A stretch of DNA of 64,000 bases from Candidatus Saccharimonadota bacterium (GTDB lineage Bacteria > Patescibacteriota > Saccharimonadia > Saccharimonadales > 2-12-FULL-41-12): positions 6,503-70,502 of the forward strand of contig JALHOM010000005.1 in the NCBI GenBank assembly GCA_022842995.1, given 5' to 3'. Below are positions 58,280 through 64,000 of this stretch, in pieces. The notes below the pieces were generated by a model. The model worked only from the letters and a program-made list of their open reading frames with translations. It was not told the DNA's origin and did not search any database. Every line of letters begins with the position of its first letter. Positions within the stretch are counted from its first letter, which is position 1. A program made the position numbers and the translations under genes.

Positions 58280-58942
58280 ATGGCTGATAATAGTGACAAA
58301 TACCCGCTAGCGCTTGGACAATTGCCTGACTATATGGTGCCTTTTGACTCAGAACATGCATTGCCTAATTATGCAGAGCAGCTCCAGGCTACGTCAGTGC
58401 TTCGATCTGCAATTGAAGATAAAGTCTTAGAAACAATTCATCGATTAAGTCCTGCTTCTGAAAATGATGGCACATTTTCTAGAGTTGTTTTGGATAGCTT
58501 TGATTTTAATGGTGACCCAGTGGTTATTGAGATTGATTGTATCGACAATGTAACTCATCCTGAATTGCCACCATATTGTGTGCAGTTTTTTGAGGGTCCA
58601 AAACGCCTAGACGGTTCATATTTAAGATGTCATCATTACACCGTTCCATATATCTATAGCGACGAAGGGGTAACTAGGCGAGATGTTGATTTAGTAAAAT
58701 TTCCAGATCTAGAACAAACAAATATAAAGCCAAGAAAATACCCAATCCCCATTGCTGAAGCTGTAGGGATTATAATTGAGGGGTTTGAAGTCGCTCAGAG
58801 GGCTTTAGCAGAAGAAAAAAGGCTAGGGTTGAATGATCAGCCAATTGGTATTCTTGAGGCAAAAAATATCTCACTTATAATTTCTAGAAGTAAGCCTGAA
58901 TCCGCTAGTCGTATTCTTCGAAAGAAGAACTCTAAAAGCTGA
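58280..58942 (+). CDS. Hypothetical protein
   Basis: 220-aa ORF; TGGTATAAT 6 nt before ATG. Confidence 0.6.
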   Translation: MADNSDKYPLALGQLPDYMVPFDSEHALPNYAEQLQATSVLRSAIEDKVLETIHRLSPASENDGTFSRVVLDSFDFNGDPVVIEIDCIDNVTHPELPPYCVQFFEGPKRLDGSYLRCHHYTVPYIYSDEGVTRRDVDLVKFPDLEQTNIKPRKYPIPIAEAVGIIIEGFEVAQRALAEEKRLGLNDQPIGILEAKNISLIISRSKPESASRILRKKNSKS

Positions 58943-58989
58943 TATGCGGCCCATTGTTCATGGGATTATGATAGCACTTTGATATGTAG

Positions 58990-59304
58990 CTAAGCCTTTT
59001 GCTTACTTTTATTCCGATACATAACAATGCCGACCAATACTGCCAATGGGGCGAGATTAAGCATCAATGCGATCACTTTTTGCAGAGGGGAATTGTAGTC
59101 GGAAGTTACAATAAACGGAAACCCTATATGTTTATTACCACCAGCTCCACAACTAGAGTTATCACTTACTCTTTCTAAAAAACTAATCGAGCCCGAGTAG
59201 CAAGTTTTGTCAAAATTCAAAGCCAGAGCAAGTCCTATAGCGGGCGCAATAAACTGTGCGAGTATATATACGACGGCAGTTGCCAGGAGTAACTTTTGCT
59301 TCAT
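58990..59304 (-). CDS. Hypothetical membrane protein
   Basis: Two TMs around a loop with a Cys pair and GFPF. Confidence 0.6.
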   Translation of the reverse strand: MKQKLLLATAVVYILAQFIAPAIGLALALNFDKTCYSGSISFLERVSDNSSCGAGGNKHIGFPFIVTSDYNSPLQKVIALMLNLAPLAVLVGIVMYRNKSKQKA

Positions 59305-59481
59305 GGATTAATCATAGCAAATCTGGAAACCCGCTTAAGGAATTTAAGGTTCTGGGTTTCTATGGTTTGGTAATTCTGTCCTTATAAACTTCTTAGTTTC
59401 ATAAGATTTTGGTCGATTTCTTTTATGATGCGAGGGTACCGTTGCCTATCGTAGTGGTTTAGGATCCGTTAGTATAGTGAT

Positions 59482-60120
59482 ATGAACTTAAAGCTTGCCA
59501 AGAAAAAACAGGATGAGCTTCATGCTACGGCGTCGGAGTTGTTGTCTGAGAAGTCTGTCATCGAACTGCTCAGTAAGTACGGTGAACTTCGATTTGTGGG
59601 TAGCTATGCGGCGAAATTGATGGTCAAGCCTGACGTCGACATGGAAATCGTGAATCCGGATATATCGTCTGATGATGTTATTGAATTGACTCGTACTTTC
59701 TTTGCCATGAAAGATAATTATAGTGTTGAAATTGCCGACGGCACGGAATATATCCGTCGCCCCGGGCACCCGAGAGGCTATTTTCTTGGCGTAAATACTA
59801 TGTATCAGAATGTGAGGTGGCATATGGACATCTGGATCACGCGTGAGCCAATTGACACATCGGGTAGCGCCTATGTTTCTCTTCGTAAACAGGACTGGTA
59901 TTTGGACACAGACCCAGAATTACTCGATATAATTTTGCTCATTAAGCATCAATTGAATGAGGCTGGGGTCTACGTCAAATATGCATCGGCAAATGTCTAT
60001 GAGTCGGTGCTTGAGGGTGGGGTTAGGTCGATTGCAGATTTTTATAAATGGGCAGAAAACTATGATACCGAGGCTTTATTTCGGCGGGGTGGATCTGAGG
60101 GTACGCGGACGGCTGGGTAA
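59482..60120 (+). CDS. Pol-beta-superfamily nucleotidyltransferase-like protein
   Basis: VGSYAAKLMVKPDVDMEI (GS-x8-DxD) and a third acidic strand WHMDIW. Confidence 0.7.
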   Translation: MNLKLAKKKQDELHATASELLSEKSVIELLSKYGELRFVGSYAAKLMVKPDVDMEIVNPDISSDDVIELTRTFFAMKDNYSVEIADGTEYIRRPGHPRGYFLGVNTMYQNVRWHMDIWITREPIDTSGSAYVSLRKQDWYLDTDPELLDIILLIKHQLNEAGVYVKYASANVYESVLEGGVRSIADFYKWAENYDTEALFRRGGSEGTRTAG

Positions 60121-60133
60121 AATGGGGGCCTTT

Positions 60134-61360
60134 TTACTCAGCCTGAGCTTTTGCAGGTTGTGTTAACGAATATACGGCGGCGCTATGCGCACGTACAAGC
60201 ATCTGGCGAACCGCTTCGGCTGTCTCTTCGTCTGAAAGCATGGTGTTATTTAGTATTTGATCAGGTACTTTAAGACCTAGTACTTTAGTTATTAGTTCAG
60301 CTTTCCGTTGTAGTATTCGATCAATTGTTACCGTGTCGTTATCGGCGACGAGAGTGATGTTATCTGGATATTGGATAGGTTCTCGTTGGCTGTTATTTTT
60401 ATAGAACTCTAAGAATTGGTTCCATAGATCCTGTTCGGGCACTTCTGAAAGTTGGACAAGGGCGTCAAAATGAGATTTGAGTTTTTGGGCGCCCATGCCG
60501 CTGACGTGGTGTAACTCATATTTGTACTCGTGCTCGCCCATCCGGGACTCAGTTGCGTTAATCCATGACTCTAAGCTTGTTCCTGCAAGTCGCAGGGCAT
60601 TTTCTCTTATCCTGGCAATTCTATTGGATCTTTCTACTAAGACTTCTTCGCTTTCGGGTATGCGTAAGAACTCTACGTTTTCTTCACTTAACATTTGCGC
60701 GCCAAGGACTCTCGGGTCTTGATTTCTAATTTGGTAACGCTCGGACACAATTCTTTTAGCTAATTTCATTTTTGCGATATGATATTCTTTTTGAGCAAAA
60801 ATATCTTCAGAAAGCATTTGAGCAATAGCGAGTAGTTCTTCTACCGGTAATTCTTCGCCTGTTGGATCTTGATCGGTACGGTATGTATCTAGATCACTTA
60901 AAGCGGACCTGGCGTTTAATACGCGCTCAGTCGCGTCATTGGTCTGCTTGGTTATTTTTAGTCGTTCCTGGATCTCTTCCCCTTGAAGAAACTTTTGAGT
61001 CACTTCAGTCAGTAAGATAGATTCGGCAGAATTAGGGTTAGTATAAGGGCTTCCTTCAGCTTCGGCTGAGGCAACTATTCTGATTCCGTATACCATGTTA
61101 ATGGTTCGATTGACAGCTTCAGACTTTGAGAGTTCGTTAAGGCTAGACAATACTCCTGGTAAATCTTTGTTCCGTACTTTTTGAAGTGCCATTAAAATGA
61201 ATTGATCATCGACTTGATTTGGGTCCATCAAGCCTACGACCTCAAGGATATCTCGGGCAAAAGTATAATCGTCATCTGCGCCACTAGGTGCATCGAAGTC
61301 TGCACGGTAAGAGAGCGCAGTTGAGGCAGTATCGGGATTTAAACGCCATGTCTCGTTCAT
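60134..61360 (-). CDS. Hypothetical helical protein
   Basis: 408-aa ORF; TGGTATAAT upstream. Confidence 0.6.
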   Translation of the reverse strand: MNETWRLNPDTASTALSYRADFDAPSGADDDYTFARDILEVVGLMDPNQVDDQFILMALQKVRNKDLPGVLSSLNELSKSEAVNRTINMVYGIRIVASAEAEGSPYTNPNSAESILLTEVTQKFLQGEEIQERLKITKQTNDATERVLNARSALSDLDTYRTDQDPTGEELPVEELLAIAQMLSEDIFAQKEYHIAKMKLAKRIVSERYQIRNQDPRVLGAQMLSEENVEFLRIPESEEVLVERSNRIARIRENALRLAGTSLESWINATESRMGEHEYKYELHHVSGMGAQKLKSHFDALVQLSEVPEQDLWNQFLEFYKNNSQREPIQYPDNITLVADNDTVTIDRILQRKAELITKVLGLKVPDQILNNTMLSDEETAEAVRQMLVRAHSAAVYSLTQPAKAQAE

Positions 61361-61477
61361 TAAATATTATTATACCATATTTCTCTACGTTAAAGAAATA
61401 TTTGTCAAATAGATTAATGAATGTGTCTTAGGGGAAATTGAGGGCAGGGAAATGCACGTTGTTCTTGGCCTGAAAGC

Positions 61478-61727
61478 GCCAGGGCAAACGCACGACTACA
61501 GCCATGCTTGGAATGTATTGTAGTGGCCAGGACTCGCCCACGTTCCGCGGTCACTTTCAGCGACCCCGAGATTTCGTTCAATCAAGCACAGTTTGATGAA
61601 GAAAGTCTCCTTGCAATGAGCCCACTGGGCTTTTTCACCTGGGACCTTTTAGCGTCCTGGAGCCGAGACATAAGCGCATGTTCAAAAAAAGCCAGGGCAA
61701 GCGCACGACTGCAACCATGCTCGGAAT
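61478..61727. repeat. Distal tRNA-derived repeat cluster (motif B at 61478-61514 and 61691-61727, interrupted-T-arm unit at 61525-61657)
   Basis: Direct similarity to 63159-63358 and to the tRNA-Met 3' half. Confidence 0.85.
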
Positions 61728-61864
61728 GCATAGAAGGGGCCAGGAATATAGCTTCGCGCCGGCTCGTCTAGATTAATTTAAAAAGGTAGGACGAGTCGGG
61801 CTCTGCTTATAATTTGCACGATGCAAATTATCGAACCTTTTTGGCTCAAGCCCTAGACCCAAAA

Positions 61865-61909
61865 TACCAAGAAAAAACAGCCACACGAGGTGACTGTCTT
61901 TTCTTGGTA
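61865..61909. terminator. Hairpin closed by TACCAAG/CTTGGTA
   Basis: TACCAAGAAAAAACAGCCAC-ACGAG-GTGACTGTCTTTTCTTGGTA. Confidence 0.6.
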
Positions 61910-62019
61910 GATTACGTGCAATCGAATTGAAACCTAATCTCAGCTTAGTTATTGAAGTGCCGGGCTATATGAATTTCATGAGTTTGAAAGAATTTGCTGT
62001 ATTGAGTGTTTTGCTATAA

Positions 62020-63066
62020 CTATTTGATTTTGAAACCGACTCTTATTTTACCTATGCCTTTTTCGGCGCTTACAGCATCATTAACAGTAATTGCGTCGGC
62101 TCGCGTAGGGGCATCAATCCCAAGGGTAGTTTCAATAGTGCTCCCAGCCGCAACGTCTGGTTGGAAGGGCTGGCCTGGCATGGGATAAATACCGCCTGCC
62201 TCTGAATATGTTCCTTGCTGCGAAGCGGAGCCTATATTCGACAGCCGAAACGGCTTATCCGTAGAATTTTCAATTCTTAATGTAGTTATTACAAATATTC
62301 CTACATACGCTTTTTCATTGCCGAGTGTCGGACTAAACTCTGTCTTTAATATGGTTACCTTAACCCCATCTACTTCTGCCGTAGAGCCGAGCGGAAGACG
62401 TTTGTCTTGTGTGGGCGTCGGTGAAATTGGCTCAGGTGAAATTATTTGTTGCGCATTATTGTGTGATAGTAAAGCAGAGATTCCACCAAATACTACGGTA
62501 GTCACAATGACAGTAATAATTAAGTATGTCTTCTTAAGCTTGACACTAAATTTCAATAGAAGCGTATAAATAACAAAGAAAAAGAGCAATGAGACAATTA
62601 GGAACACCGTATCCTTGACGAAGTGCATTAAAATTCCCGGTATCAAAAATAGCAAGTGAGCGATTATTATATTTCGTTTTTGCACCCAAGTCATGTTAAA
62701 TAGCCGCAATATTCCAAAGACCAGAAGCGGTGCTAGCGTTATGAAAAGTAGAGGTAAAATAAATAGTTCGAGCAGCAGCGAATCGAATATGCCAAATCGG
62801 TACACGAAGAACGAAGAGCCAAAAATTATTTTCAGTAAGGCAACAACCAAAGTACTGAAGATCGCCAACATATATAGATTTTGTGGTTTGAATGCCGTAA
62901 TCTCTTTTGATGCCCTATTGTCATTTTCAAATGGTTTAAATGATTCATGTATATGTTCTTCACTCCATCCATGATTGCGAAAATGATCTTGTAGTTGATT
63001 AATAGGATAGCCATGCCGCAGATGCTCTTTGATGTATTCATGGATACTATGTTTATTATCTAACAT
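62020..63066 (-). CDS. Membrane protein with C-terminal DUF4352-like domain
   Basis: N-terminal YIKEHL..GY....L...GW module, about five TMs, LGSTAEVDGVKVTI...LRIENSTDKP; start moved to ATG 63066 because the upstream extension is repeat DNA. Confidence 0.7.
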   Translation of the reverse strand: MLDNKHSIHEYIKEHLRHGYPINQLQDHFRNHGWSEEHIHESFKPFENDNRASKEITAFKPQNLYMLAIFSTLVVALLKIIFGSSFFVYRFGIFDSLLLELFILPLLFITLAPLLVFGILRLFNMTWVQKRNIIIAHLLFLIPGILMHFVKDTVFLIVSLLFFFVIYTLLLKFSVKLKKTYLIITVIVTTVVFGGISALLSHNNAQQIISPEPISPTPTQDKRLPLGSTAEVDGVKVTILKTEFSPTLGNEKAYVGIFVITTLRIENSTDKPFRLSNIGSASQQGTYSEAGGIYPMPGQPFQPDVAAGSTIETTLGIDAPTRADAITVNDAVSAEKGIGKIRVGFKIK

Positions 63067-63158
63067 GTCACTGATTATAACAGCCAGGAACTTCATCCTG
63101 TCGAATATGATTCGGACTAAAAAAGAATCACTTAGATAGCATCTATGTAATATCGAAA

Positions 63159-63285
63159 TGGTAGCGGGGCCAGGACTCGCCCACGTTCCGCGGGCCCGCC
63201 ACAACATCTTTGCAAAGCCAGTTTGCAAGAGTTGATGGCCTTGCAAAAGCCCACTGGGCTTTCTCACCTGGGACCTTTAGCGTCC
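63159..63285 (-). repeat. tRNA-Met 3'-half copy with an 86-nt insertion in the T-loop
   Basis: 127-nt exact direct repeat of 63481-63607. Confidence 0.92.
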
Positions 63286-63480
63286 TGAAAATGGAATCTA
63301 GGGATATGATTTATAAAAAGGGCCAGGGCAAACGCACGGCTACAGCCATGCTCGGAATAAATTCCTGCGCGTGGCTTTGCCGACCGAACCGTGTGACCTT
63401 CGCCAGCAAGCTGGCGGGTCCCAGGTTCAAGCCCTGGCCCATAAAGAAAAAAATCCCAGCAAATGCTGAGATTCTTTTCT

Positions 63481-63607
63481 TGGTAGCGGGGCCAGGACTC
63501 GCCCACGTTCCGCGGGCCCGCCACAACATCTTTGCAAAGCCAGTTTGCAAGAGTTGATGGCCTTGCAAAAGCCCACTGGGCTTTCTCACCTGGGACCTTT
63601 AGCGTCC
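63481..63607 (-). repeat. tRNA-Met 3'-half copy with an 86-nt insertion in the T-loop
   Basis: Minus strand reads AAGGTCCCAGGT-[86 nt]-CGAGTCCTGGCCCCGCTACCA versus tRNA AAGGTCCCAGGT-T-CGAGTCCTGGCCCCGCTACCA. Confidence 0.92.
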
Positions 63608-63670
63608 CAGCCTCGAGTCCGGCATCACCGACCAAGTAAAAGACCCCATCTTGCGATGAGGTCCATTACT

Positions 63671-63745
63671 TGGTAGCGGGGCCAGGACTCGAACCTGGGA
63701 CCTTGTGGTTATGAGCCACACGAGCTGCCACTGCTCTACCCCGCG
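63671..63745 (-). tRNA. Initiator tRNA-Met (CAU)
   Basis: CGCGGGGTAGAGCAGTGGCAGCTCGTGTGGCTCATAACCACAAGGTCCCAGGTTCGAGTCCTGGCCCCGCTACCA; unpaired C1 x U72, A11-U24 D-stem, encoded CCA. Confidence 0.92.
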
Positions 63746-63885
63746 ATATATATTGTGTACTTGATTATAGCTGATTGGGCGATTACACAACCAGCATTGT
63801 GGTTATATTGCTTCGCGCCGGGATCACTATTTCTATAAGGGAAGGTGACCTCGGGCTCGGCATATATTCTCCTTGATCAGTCGAA

Positions 63886-63929
63886 TATGAGCCGCTCGCG
63901 AGCTGCCACTGCTCTACCCCGCGATATAT
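63886..63929 (-). pseudogene. Duplicated 5' fragment of the initiator tRNA
   Basis: 63899-63929 is identical to 63721-63751; followed by a disrupted GGCTCATA anticodon segment with no 3' half. Confidence 0.75.
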
Positions 63930-64000
63930 TAATTTTTTGTCAAAATGGAAAAGCTATTAATCAACTACGGTTAATTATAACAGATGAGGCGACGGTTTTA

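Noticed and set aside
61904..61970. Possible remnant of a recombinase C-terminal tail (LVDYVQSN*NLI)
   Set aside because: Too short and interrupted by stops; the resemblance cannot be supported without a search
61478..63607. CRISPR array interpretation of the repeats
   Set aside because: Units are long, irregularly spaced and tRNA-derived, with no uniform spacers and no cas genes
63481..63607. Complete tRNA with a T-loop intron
   Set aside because: No D-arm, anticodon arm or matching 5' acceptor strand lies immediately upstream on the minus strand, so no cis cloverleaf can be built
63210..63790. ORFs 63210-63557, 63264-63635, 63311-63589, 63599-63790, 61508-61771 and the N-terminal extension of 62020-63267
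   Set aside because: They run through the tRNA and tRNA-derived repeats; the duplicated peptide MRKPSGLLQ... only reflects the DNA repeat
1..64000. Alternative genetic code (TGA read as Gly)
   Set aside because: Conserved genes are full length under code 11 and several end in TGA at expected positions

Overview
A gene-dense bacterial chromosomal window using the standard code (TGA is a stop). Gene content and style suggest Patescibacteria/CPR, most likely Saccharibacteria; this is an inference from the short archaeal-type AspRS, Fe-S-less MutY, the ComEC plus lamin-tail protein pair, a pilin-like N-terminus and many ORFans. Housekeeping and maintenance genes include aspS, mutY, murC, dus, guaB, dinB, alkA, yvcK, mscS, an ABC-2 exporter and a two-component pair. 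Main highlights: (1) a tRNA-Ile2(CAU) gene split after U33 by a 278-nt group I intron (27425-27778, minus strand). (2) An initiator tRNA-Met (63671-63745) surrounded by tRNA-derived repeats in which the T-loop is interrupted at the same base by an 86-100 nt structured element; these repeats flank a cargo gene. (3) An actinobacterial-type C50 carotenoid module (crtI plus crtYe/crtYf/crtEb-like) with no crtE/crtB in the window. (4) An HNH nuclease-ComEC-lamin-tail cluster. (5) Many apparently leaderless genes. (6) A candidate structured RNA ahead of the dinB operon. No CRISPR array, rRNA, transposase or integrase was seen. All protein calls rest on motif recognition by eye, not database searches.
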